From Lingula anatina (Eukaryota > Animalia > Brachiopoda): a DNA stretch of 64,000 nt. Below the pieces are notes generated by a model. That model was not told the origin of the DNA and did no database searches. It saw only the letters and a program-made list of their open reading frames with translations. Positions 36,501 to 48,700 of this stretch are shown here, in pieces. Positions within the stretch are counted from its first letter, which is position 1. Each line of letters opens with the position of its first letter. The stretch lies in the NCBI GenBank assembly GCA_051362555.1, contig CM120640.1, forward strand, positions 15,810,001 through 15,874,000, in the 5' to 3' direction. The position numbers and the translations under genes were made by a program.

Positions 36501-39500
36501 TCTGAGCCTGTCCTCAAGGCATACATGGGTTCAGAAGCTATGAAACAGAAGCAGGCATTACAGAGAACGATATCACCAAAATACAACTGCACAGCTGAAC
36601 AGACTTCTGTTCTGAACTAGAACAAATCAATACAAAGGTGTAGAAAAATTATACATACATGAATATTTCCTATCCCCCACATCTTTGGTTTTTCTACAGA
36701 AAATCATTTCATTCTAAAATGGCATATATCTACACTGGGCTAAATTATCTATAAAAACATATTAATACAAAAGTGTAGTAAATTCTGTTTTACATCCTTT
36801 CCATAAAGTCATTCTACAAATAATATTTTCCTTCTAAATGGCAAAATTTCATAGTCATTGAAATAACCAGTATAATTTGATTTCAATTAGGATTCCACAA
36901 GTTTTATTTGCCCTACAAATACAGGTACAATATTGACCACCTGGATTCAGTGCTGCAAAAATCTGACTGAAAGTGATGCAGCATCAGCTTCAATGCCGCA
37001 GACTTTTGTTATGATGGAAATTTTTCTAGGAGCTTGATGCAGTGAAGCAGTGAAGTAAGCAGACATGATTAATTGTGAATAGTTTTGTTGACATTCAGCT
37101 GGAATGAATTTGAAGATCTCTCTGTTACGACAGAACTTTTTTCTAGGAGCTTAATGCAGTGAATCCCAGATGCTGTTTCCTGATTAAGCAGATAACAAGG
37201 TAATACCAGATGCTGTTTCCTGACTAATGCAAATGGCTTGAAACTCATCCCATGCAATAATCATACTTGAGTTGGTCCTTTATTTATGTTTTCGATTGTG
37301 TAAATGAGGAGACATAAAAAATGTATGGTTTTGGCAGATTTTAAAACATTCTGAAATTATAAGAAACTGTACACCAAAAAATCAACATATTAGCATTGTC
37401 ACTGTGTCTTTGATACATGTAAGTTAAATCCTATTTGGCTACATGTTAAACAATACCTCTTTTTAAGCAGATAACTGATTGTGACATTTAATATTCAGCT
37501 GAAATGAATTGACAGCTAATGTAGTAATGATGAAATAGAACCTTTCAGCACCTTCCTGTATGAAACTAAAGCATAAACTTAAAATTATTTTAAGTTTTTT
37601 TTTTTCTTCAAAAAATTTCAAAATATGCATACTGGGGTTAATTCAATACTGTAGAGCGAGTTCCTAGATTTTACAGTCTATGGTATACATGTTCCTTACA
37701 TCAACCCACCGCATTTTCTAAATTGCATATTTTCTGAGCAAGTAACAATGGATTTAATAGCTGAACTTATTATATGTGTGTGGTTTTTGAAGAATATGAC
37801 TCACTTATGCAATATCCCCAAGTTCCATCTGCTGCATAGCACCAGGGATGTGCATAGCTATTACCATGTGCAGTACAGGCTGTGTAAGTTATACCCCTGA
37901 AATAAAAGGCACCAGTAAATAAATCTAAATAGACCACTGATTATGATGACATCTTAATGTTAACTTAAATTACAAGCTGTAACCATGTATCTTACTATGC
38001 CAACTGCTAGGCCTTTTTTACTGTTGCAATTTCAATCACTAGAAGTAGTTAAAAATAGTAGTAGCGAACAATGTATCATTATTTAATTAATTCTGTTGGT
38101 GAATAGCTAATCAGCTAATGTTTGTACAGTACTTTCATTTTTTCCAATACCAAATAAACTTTTTTGTATTGTTATTGTATTGTATCCGTTCACTTGGAAA
38201 TGAAAACAGATTAGTTCTTCTTTAAAAAAAATAAAATTAAAAGATCATACCCATATACGAAAGGGAACTGGCAAATTTGTCCATTAGCACTACCACCATA
38301 GGTGTAAATAACATCTGTATTATGCCCCTTGCCATGTCCAGCAACTGAAAAGTAAAAATGCTCTATAAATATTTGAGATTAAAAGAAAGTAGTATTCTTT
38401 GTCATGCAAAATAAGCAAAAGAGATGACTACATACCCAGGCCTTATGTTTTAATTAAATAAGAGAAATATTCATAGTAACAAATGCGTCCTTCAAGAACA
38501 GAACTTATGATACTCATACCTGTACAGTAGCCCCAGAGTCCATCAGTGTCATAGTCAGCAGTTGTTCCACACCAAGGTCTGCTCCTGCCTTCCTCATCCA
38601 CTTGGCACAAATTCTGAGGCTGACCTATAACAGAGGTAATAGTAAAACAAATGGACTCCTTCCACTTGTACTGATTTTAGAGACACTTTTTACGGTTGCT
38701 TTAAATGTTTATATCCAATTTAAAAAAAGGAACATATAGCTTGCCATCTGTATCTTTAGTTCATTTGTCTGTAAATATTTCAAATTTCACTTGACTCGAT
38801 AGTCAGGTCAAAAATAATATCACCCGTAGTGAAAAAAATATATTTTGTTTGACAAATGAAAAAGAATTATCAAAATGTGAAGATATAAAACCATATTTTA
38901 TTAAGAAAGTTAAGTTCATTTAACGAATATTACTATGCAACATGTCGGTTCTTTAAGTTAAATAAAAGCAGGCATAGGCTTCTACCTTTGTATGTAAATG
39001 GCCAAAAACAGGCTGCTCCTCCAGAGTTTCCTCCCCAAGTTGGAATCATCTGATCTATTAAAAAAAAAAAGAAAAACATGTCCATTGATATACATTTTTG
39101 CATAAAATATAAGAGCTATATATCATACTAGTAGTAGTCTGAATTTAATTTTAAAAATGTATAATTAATCTCTAATAAGCAATAACTTCGAAGCTATTTG
39201 ATGGATTTATGCAACCTTTTGTAACTTTCTGAGTGAAAGTAAAAAATTGAAAAAATATTAGTGCTAACATAAAAAAAACAAATCTTAAAGATCTAATACA
39301 AAAGAAAATCTTGAAACATCAAAGTTATTGCTTCATGAAATCTTACTTTTACATGTTAAAATATCTGAAAAATAATATTCTGTTTATCTGTATCTCAATT
39401 ACCAAGACAGATGTCCTGATCAGCTGATGTAGATACACTTCCAGCAAGAAAAATGTCATTTGCTCCATCAAATGCAAAGACATTTCCATAGGTGCTACTG

Positions 39501-42500
39501 TAACACTGGCCCATTCCATGTGGTTGTAGAACAACATCCCAGATATTGATACGTGTCATGTACCCCGTGAAAGACTGGGTTGCAGCAAAACCTCCTCCTT
39601 GAAAAAAAAATGCAAACATTCTAAACTACTGCTTGTACTGGTACACTGTTCTTGGCAATAAATGCAGTTATACTTACTTTGACTAATGGGATACACAGTA
39701 AGAATCAGCCATGCATTCAGTTTAAATTTCTAGAACCCATTATTTACTATAGTATCTTGGCATTTTCCCTGTCTGGCGGCTATTGCATCTGTCCCCCCTC
39801 CCTGCCCCCCCCCTCTCTATTCTCTCCCTTTTTAAACCAAATCAGCTGTACCTAAGCTGTCCTGGTCCTGCCCCAGTATAATCATCCCCCCTCCAGCAAT
39901 TGTCTGTCCAGTTTGAAGTCCAGTCCCACTTCCAGCTTCTCTACTGTCCACATAGACCGCCCAGTAACCATCACTGCTACGCCACATGCCACACACCTGG
40001 AGACACAGGTAAAAATAGACTGAGCAGGACTGTAGAGGAGGGGGGGTGGAAACGAACCTCCCTTTTGTCCAGAAAAGATGAAGTTAACTAATCTGAATCA
40101 CAATTTGACCTAGGTTCTGTTCAATTTTTCAAGTTGGGTCAACTAAAGGGGTAAAAAGTCCACCTCTTTCAAAAAACCTTTTAAAACTAGTGGTTACCAT
40201 TTTTCTGGAGTATAACATGTCCTTATCATCTTGTGTTATAAGCAAATGAAAAAAATTAAGTTTGTAAACATAATAAATATATATCGTGATACATGTAAGA
40301 TATAGTCTCACATTTTTTAGCTTAATATCCTAAAATATTTCCATAATAAATGATTCTTACAAATCATAAGACCCATTCACTTCAATCTGTATACATTATT
40401 ATACCTGGTGCCACATGTTGTCAGTCAGTGAGTTCCAATTGACCTCAGAATCTGTGTTTAACACAGACAGAAGAATAGTGCCAGATGATTGAATCCATAT
40501 CGTGAATGCATTAAATACTGCACTACTGGCATAGGAGAAAGTTGCCATAGCTGTCTGTGCATAGCTGGACATTTTCTGCCAATAGCATACTGTGACCTCA
40601 TTCAAGTCCGGGAGAGTGACAGCTATTGTAGCATAATGAGATGCACTGGATCCTGGGAAATACAGGGTGGTGAATTTTGGAGATTGATTTGGGAGGTCAA
40701 AGGTACGCGCTGAAATAAAAAAGTGTGGACTTAACCTTACTCACCATCAATTTAATCAATAATGGAAATGAGCAAACAATGAACATACCCTCAAGGGTCC
40801 CTGAGACTCTGTCAGGTGTTGTAAAATAAGTACAGATAACACAGCAGCACTAAGGTTTAAAGGTGCACATGATTGTGTTAGGCCTTTATATATATGTACC
40901 AAAAATTTAATTTTTCTAGAAATATTTTCATTTTTATTACTAAGGTATACACACTATCAAAAACCAAAATCCAAAATGACAATCTACATGTATAAGTAGT
41001 ATAAAAAAGGGATGCAAAAATATGCAAAAATTGTTACAATTTCCTGGATTTTTTTCCTATATAAAGATCTAGAGTGATGTATTAAACAATAGTCACTCAT
41101 ATATGTATATGTACACTGTACTGCGTTTTGTGAAAAGAGAGACTGCTCATATCAGTCACTTTAATAACTGAAACAAGGCACTTTTAATGAAAACTTGGTT
41201 ACAATACTGAACATGGGTTTTAACTTTAAAAAGTTGAAATTGAGATTTCAGTTACTCACAAGCTGAGCTGTATCTGGTGTCCACTTCCTGCACCATGATA
41301 AAAGACTCGTCATGGTGTCCTATATAGCCAGTGGAAAGGGGAAAGCCAAAACAATTCCCCTGGTGCATTTGGATGTTTACAACACCTTCAGGGATTCCCT
41401 CACACATGCCATCCACTGAAAACATAACCAAAAAATTTCAACTTACCTGTATACTTAGTTACTGATAGCTGTACTTAGTTAATGATAATTTCACTTTAAA
41501 TGTCAGTGCTAATTTTAATTCAGTTTATTCCAATAATTAAGATTTTCAATGATGTATTTATGACTTTACCCCAGTAAGCAATTACTTACTGGTACATCTA
41601 TACACCTTAAGAAGGTTTAAGAATATCTACCTTGTTTTCACCAAAATCACAATTTTAGAACTTTATGTGCCTTTTTTTTCTTTCTTAATGAAATATCTTA
41701 AATAATACACACTGTGTCCTCGTCTATGCAAATCAGTGGCAGCGTTGTCATGGTGCATGTACTCAATAGTGTCTGGATTACCACATTCCATATTGTTGAA
41801 CTTGAAGTACCATCTGGAAGAATTATCAAGAAGCAATGTCATAACATATCAGAGACATACAGACAGCTGATATGATAGTACATTATACATGTACTCAACA
41901 GCCTACCCCATGGAGCATGTTGTTATTATCATATTCTATGTTGTTTAACTTTTAAGTACCAGGTATCAACTATTACATTATAAAGTGATTGACTCTGAAC
42001 TTAAGTGAAGGTGTATGTGCCATACCAGGATTATTTTCTTTTTGCTGACTGAAGTGAGGCAAATAATTTTTAAATAGCAAACGACTGAGGGTAAATGACA
42101 ATAAATTTGCTTGATTTTAGCTGAATTTCTTTGCTTAACTATTTAATCATTTAACAAATTTATATATCAAGATGAATAAAATATGTGTATGACTTCAAGG
42201 AATTGCACACATAATCTGGACATTAATATAGAAATTCAGATGTTATCTCAGATCTTGGTATAACCCCAGTATGTTATAAAATAGGCAAGTTGCTTACCTT
42301 ACACAACCTCCTGCAATATTGTAAGGGCCACGTAAGCTTCCAGACCATTGCACTCTCAGGGCAGTAAAGGAGTGCTTCTTGGTGTAGCTTATATTCTATA
42401 TAATTATGAAAACATCTCATAGGTAAAACTAAAAATAGTTTCGAATGGAAAAAGTTGTTTAAAAAACAGAAAGGTATAGTCTACACTACTACAGAATGAA

Positions 42501-45500
42501 AATTGTAGCCAAGTATCAGCTGGGACTGCTACCAACAGTTTACTGATAGGATAAGAACTATATATGCATACAAGGGTCTGTACATGTACATTGAAGTCAT
42601 TCAAACCAACTTTTGAAAATTGAAATGTGTGACAATTAAGATATAAAGTTGAAGTGAAATCCAAAAGTGGTGCATGAAGGTTTGGGTGGGGGTTACAGGG
42701 TCAGGGGTAAATACGCATACATAAGATTACTTGTATATGTACATGAACAGGTACATGTTTAAATGATAATATATCATAAATGCAAAACTCAGGTGCTAAT
42801 GTAAGACACATAATTAATATCGATAAAATGGCATACATGTCTAAGTAATTCAGTACATTTGGTAAATTTGTGCATTTATATAAATATTTAAAAAACATAT
42901 ATAATTGCCCATACCGCCACAATTCCCTTCCCTGGTGAATCATAGTTGAGGTTAAGAACACCCAAATGATAGTAGCGCAAGTTATCAACTGGATGCTCTG
43001 GACATTGGGAATTATCGCCTGGAATTTAAAGTATGTCATTTTAGTTTACTGTTACAAGTGCAAAATCTATCAATTAAATGACCCACTCCTATCAGTCTAT
43101 GGGTTTACAAAATCACCAATTTATTCAATTTATTTAAACTAACAGGATGGCAGACCAACTTCTTTCTGATCTAGAAGCAGCTAAAGAGAAACCTCACTGT
43201 ACTTCTACGAGGTCTCTCTTCAACTTCCGCCGGTCAGACAAAATACAATTATCCATGTACACAATTTCACCCCAGTTTTGTCAACTGTATTTTAAAAATG
43301 AACGAGAAAAACATGATCGATGTGGTATCTCATATTACTTGCAATTACATGTAATGAATACACCATGCAGATTACCAGTATATCGATTTCTTTCTTTTTT
43401 TTTTTCTAATTCCCCCTACCGGTTGACTTTCACATCATGTACCCAACTTAAATAATGAAAAATGTATATTTCATATATAACGATCAAGTAAAACCATTAT
43501 ATTTGACCGATCAATGCATGTTTAAAGCCATGTGTTGTGCCAATTACCAACGCAGTGTGCCTCCTGCCCATCACACGTCGCCCGGCACTTCCCGGTGGAG
43601 CACCTGTCACTGTCACAGGGTTCGGAATCCACAGGTTGCTTTGGGGACTCATCCTGGGAGATAAAACACAGTGAAAACAGAAAAAGAAGACGTGAATTCT
43701 TCTTTACGGAAAGCGTTTCCGGATATGCCGCTTGTGTTTAATGCCGGAAATTATGACGTCAAATGTTGCTCCCAATACTGATAATACAATAATGTGGCAG
43801 CTTCCCAATACTGACCACTGCCTACACACTGGCCCTCAAATACTGGCACAGCCTCCAATATAAAAAGCACCATGACACCACCTCCTTAGTTACTCATGCA
43901 CTTCACGAAAATGAAAATTTAAACAGACTTAACACCTCAACCTGGTCAACCGGCATTAAAAATACACTGGCGCTCATTGGACGCCCTGACATTTGGGAGG
44001 ACCCTTTTAAAATATCCATGACCGCACTCTCTTCCATAATAAAACCGCTTATCCAAATCTCTTATAGTTCGGCCTTCAAATCTCACCTAGCATCCCTGAA
44101 CACGGAGGGTAAAAAATTACGTACCTACAGTACCTTCAAAAAAGATTTTAAAAGAGAAATATACACACAGTTAATCCACAAACCCAAATCTACATTCCTT
44201 TGCAAATTCAGGATAAGTGCCCACAATTTGGCAATTGAAAAGGGGAGACACATGAATCCTAAAATACCCATAGAGAAAAGGCTATGCACGGTGTGCAACA
44301 TGGGGTCAGTTGAGGATGAGTTCCATTTTATGATGATATGCCCCTCTTATGCTCCACTAAGAGCCATATTCCTTAACAATGTTAAAGATATACTGGGCAG
44401 TGCGGCCCCTGAGTCCATCAGTGACCTTTTTATTACCGTACTGCAATGTAATGATTTTGATATTGCAAAATGCACAACTAATTTTCTTTATGATTGTTTT
44501 AAAGCTAGGGATATGAAAATTGCATCCATGCTGAATAAAACCTAGATTAACTGATGATGCAGTTTTCATATCCCCCTAAATAATAGTTAGTTTAATATAA
44601 GGTTTAGTGTAGCCTAATCTAGTTGAATCATTTTTTTTTTAATTATCCCTATATTGATCTTTATTGAGTAGTACATGTACTTTCCCTGCTTTAGTCTAGA
44701 CATTATATAATGTATATCAAACTGTATATGGTAATCACTCTGCGGATTACTTCTTGTATTTGTATTTGATCATGCCCGGATGTAGGGCGATAGTCAATAA
44801 ACTTCTGATTCTGATTCTGATTCTGCTCGAAAGGAGTTAGGCTGACCGGTCATTTTAAGGGTATTGTAACCCTTTATTATCATCAGAAAATGAGGTTTTT
44901 TTCCTGCATCTAATTATTCAGTAATGCATCTGTCTTAGTGCTGATTTAAAACAATAAAAAAGCTCGAAAATAAAAATATCGGCGTTTATATTTCTCGTCG
45001 TCAAAGCTTTAGTCGTCAGTTTAACACCTTTCTACCTTGAGGTGAGATAACATCGGTATGGGGCGTAAGTTCATCCCTGAAGAAGATTTTATCACGAAAA
45101 TTGGCTGAGTTGACCACGATTGCACATGTATAGACCACAAATTCAATTCCTTGCCGTCAGTCTAGTTTAAATGTTTTTTTATTGATATGAGTTATGAGCC
45201 CCTAAATTACAGATTTTCATTAAACAAAGGCATTGTCTTGCTTTATCAACGATATTTAATCTGAACTAAGACCTTTAAGAAAGGCAGGGTATTGGAGTAC
45301 TAAATGCATGGTGTCATTAAATCGGCGATAAAACAGTGAGCGTGGGTGCTCAGGTAAAAGAGAAATATGAGAAATTGTTTTTTCAGTTTTTACCCCAAAA
45401 TCGCAATTATGATGCACCCGCAAGATAACGTGTGGAAATGTTCATTAATTTAGTCACTGAGCACTGAAGATTTATCTACCGGTATTACCCAAAAGAATGT

Positions 45501-45715
45501 ATATAAGACAGTAAATAAGACTAAAGTCGCTTTTTTATCAACTTGATTTTCAAACGATTGGGTTGCTTCCACCCACCGACATAGCAAAAAATTAAAATGA
45601 CTTTACGGATTATGTTCTTTGTGAGGCTAGGAATTGTTGTCATTTGAATTTTTCGAAAGTAAACAGCATAATATGCTCATATTTTATTTTTTCTAAGTAC
45701 TGTAAGCACAGAAAG

Positions 45716-45792
<77 letters not shown>

Positions 45793-48700
45793 GCATTCAA
45801 TTGTAAAATTAAATGTTTCAGTTTTTGTCAAAGGCAAGACGTAAAAATATTTAGGTCAGGTGAACTCATCTAACAGGATGATAAGATTCAGGTTGATTTA
45901 TGTTTCACGACCATAGATTGACAATGTAAGCCAATTTTAAGTCAGATGAACGCACATCTGCCAGGGACTGGTATGTGGATAAGAACTGCAAGGTGAACAT
46001 TATTAATTGTTTGAAATTCTACCCGTAAACAAGGCAAGGGACAACATACATGCGTATAAGTACTGTACAATGCCATCGGGCTGGAATGGTCCCCTATCGA
46101 ATGTCGTTAAAAGTCGTTAAAATCGCTAATATTGTCAGTGTACAATAATTTAAGTAACATCCCGGAATGAATAAAGTGTGAACGAAATTGTTTATGCTCT
46201 TAAATGTGCACGGAATAAAAAAAGTATATTTTTCACACACATAACAAACGGGCATGCGCCATCAAAATCATTTTGACTGAATGGTCGTCGGACTAGACTG
46301 TCAATTGTTATAACTGTGAAACGGTGGAAATGACATTTCCTCACTTGTAATCCAAATTATACACAAAAACTTTTTTCACAGAGTATGATAAAATCTTTTT
46401 TTTTTTTTTTAAGTTCGCACGTCTTCACCCACAAGCAGTTCCTCTGTTAATGACTAAAGATTCATTTACATTTTAAACTATCGGTCTCACACGCCTTCTC
46501 TTTTTTCCAACGTATTTGTATAATCACAAGCTTTTCTGTAATCTACTCAACGCCAGGAGGAGGCGTGTAAATCTGTTAAACTAAATGCATTCAGCGAGAT
46601 TCCCTGAGGAGTTGGATTGATCTACGTAGACCGAGATAGTTTTCATGGGAATGATGAGAATGAACCTTAACTCCTTTCATGCATGGAAGTCAAGATTGTC
46701 TTAGGTTTAGATAAGGGCCTACCCGGTGGGTCTATGGTATTTATTCCCGCTAATACACGATGGCAAGGTAAAATAATAATTAAAAAATAATAATAAAAAC
46801 CCACTCGACTTAAAAACAGGCTATTGCAATTTAATTAATTCATTAATAAATAAAAAGCCATATTTTGCTCCAAGATTTAACGGAAGATCTCTGCATAGGA
46901 CCTAAAGTATTGAATGGGATATACATGAAGTAATAGGGGGAAGGGGTACAAGATCACATGTTGTGAATATATGTGTTTAATTATTAAAAAATGTTATTAA
47001 AAAAGGGAAAAAAAAAACATTGCAGCATGTGTTTACATGTTACTGTTTCTATTAATCTTTTCTACCTTCGGTATACCCTGATTCTATCACCCGATAGTCC
47101 ATTGCTATTATCATTATTTTAATTTTTTTATGAAATGACTATGGAATATAAGAAAGCAGCTCGGCCAAAATTTTGTGTTGTTGGCACTACAAAAAGTTTA
47201 TTGATACATGTATGCATAGTCGATGGTTTTCGAAACAAATAGGGTGCGCTTACTTTCAATCGATATTTGCAGTACAATAGGTATCTTTGTCTGGAGGTTA
47301 ATAGATGTACATAACGGTTTTTCGAAAGATGTCGTAGAAGTAATTGAAAATAGAGTAGATAAAAAAAACCAAACGCAAATTGCACAAAGCTCCGTGACTC
47401 TCAAATATATGTTAATCAAATCCATTATTGACACATTTCAATGATTGTTGATAAAACTAAAAAAAAGTATTATTGTAGGCCTAATGGCGGTTTCAGGAAT
47501 TGGCAAGGGGAGTGGGGGTGTAGGGATAAAACTATGCTCCTAAAGATGAAGACAATGTTATGTATGATATAAAAGGCGCAATAATGGGAATTTTGCTTAT
47601 TTTTCCCTGTTTCGCTCGTTGTCCTGTTTTACCTTTTTTATTCTGGAGGGAAACGGGGTTCCTCAGAAACTAAGAGAGGAATACGTGCTTAACAATATCA
47701 GCTATGATATTCTTATAAAATTGACACCCAAAAAGATACAAAAAAATGTGCATATAGGTCTGTCACTTGCGACAAAATCATTTTAAAAGCTTATCCGTTT
47801 GATCAATATCGTGCAGATCAATGTGCCTTATGTTATGCGTTTATTGTTTGTATTTATAGACAACTCCCTAATGGAAGCTAAGTTTGTTCGAGTAAAAACG
47901 ATTGCAGATCGGGGAGGGGGGCAGCGGGAATATGCTTCCGCCTTAGCCAAAGATGTTACTTCCTCCCTCTCTCTCCAAACAAACCACTAAAACGAGCGGC
48001 AGTAGACAAAGCAAGTGCTTTTTTCCATCTCTAAGTGCTATATTTTGTTGGAAAAATGTCATGATCTCTCATTCGCCTTGCCTTTTTATCCTTGTGCTCC
48101 CAGGCAAAATGCTAAATCCGCCAGTTCAAAGGGAAGGTTGCACTTTTTGTATTGTAAGAAGTTCGTCTAAACCATTTAAACTTTTGTTGTGTATTATGTG
48201 TTTTGGGTTTCTAGCAATTAACACGAAGAAAATCGATTCTTGCAGCAAAAAAAAAGTATCACTTGCAATGCTACAAATCAATGCAAATCAAATGAGAATA
48301 CACTCTATATTAATGTATATATTATGCATTTGTTGTGGAGTAGTACGACAAAAGAGGGATGGAATATCAATCGATGGAGAACTACTGGAGGAAGTCGAGG
48401 AATACAAGTATTTGGGAAGACTATTGGCACCAGGAAATGAAATGACCACCCGCCAGTAGTGGCCCGACACGCCAAGATCAATGAATGAATGGGTACTAGT
48501 ACTTCTCACCTGGAGATTTATTTGTTTGAATGATAGTGCTTCTCTTCATAAGACTGTAAAATCGCTACTTATATCTGTTAGATTTCTAGTTCTGTGCCCC
48601 AAACCCTACTGATAGTACTTTACTGTAAAACAGTAAGACTCAGCAGCGTATAATTTTCTTTCAGAATAGTAATAAACATGTTACCGGACTTTTTCAAATT

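Noticed and set aside
43147-43455. Plus-strand ORF MADQLLSDLEAAKEK as a nested gene
   Set aside because: No domain similarity, no supported splice partner, and no counterpart in paralog A.
45070-45130. CTGAAGA...CGAAA hammerhead-like core (also ~46603)
   Set aside because: No convincing stems I and III or cleavage triplet could be paired by eye.
45640-45844. YIYI-repeat ORFs
   Set aside because: Translations of the (TA)n microsatellite.
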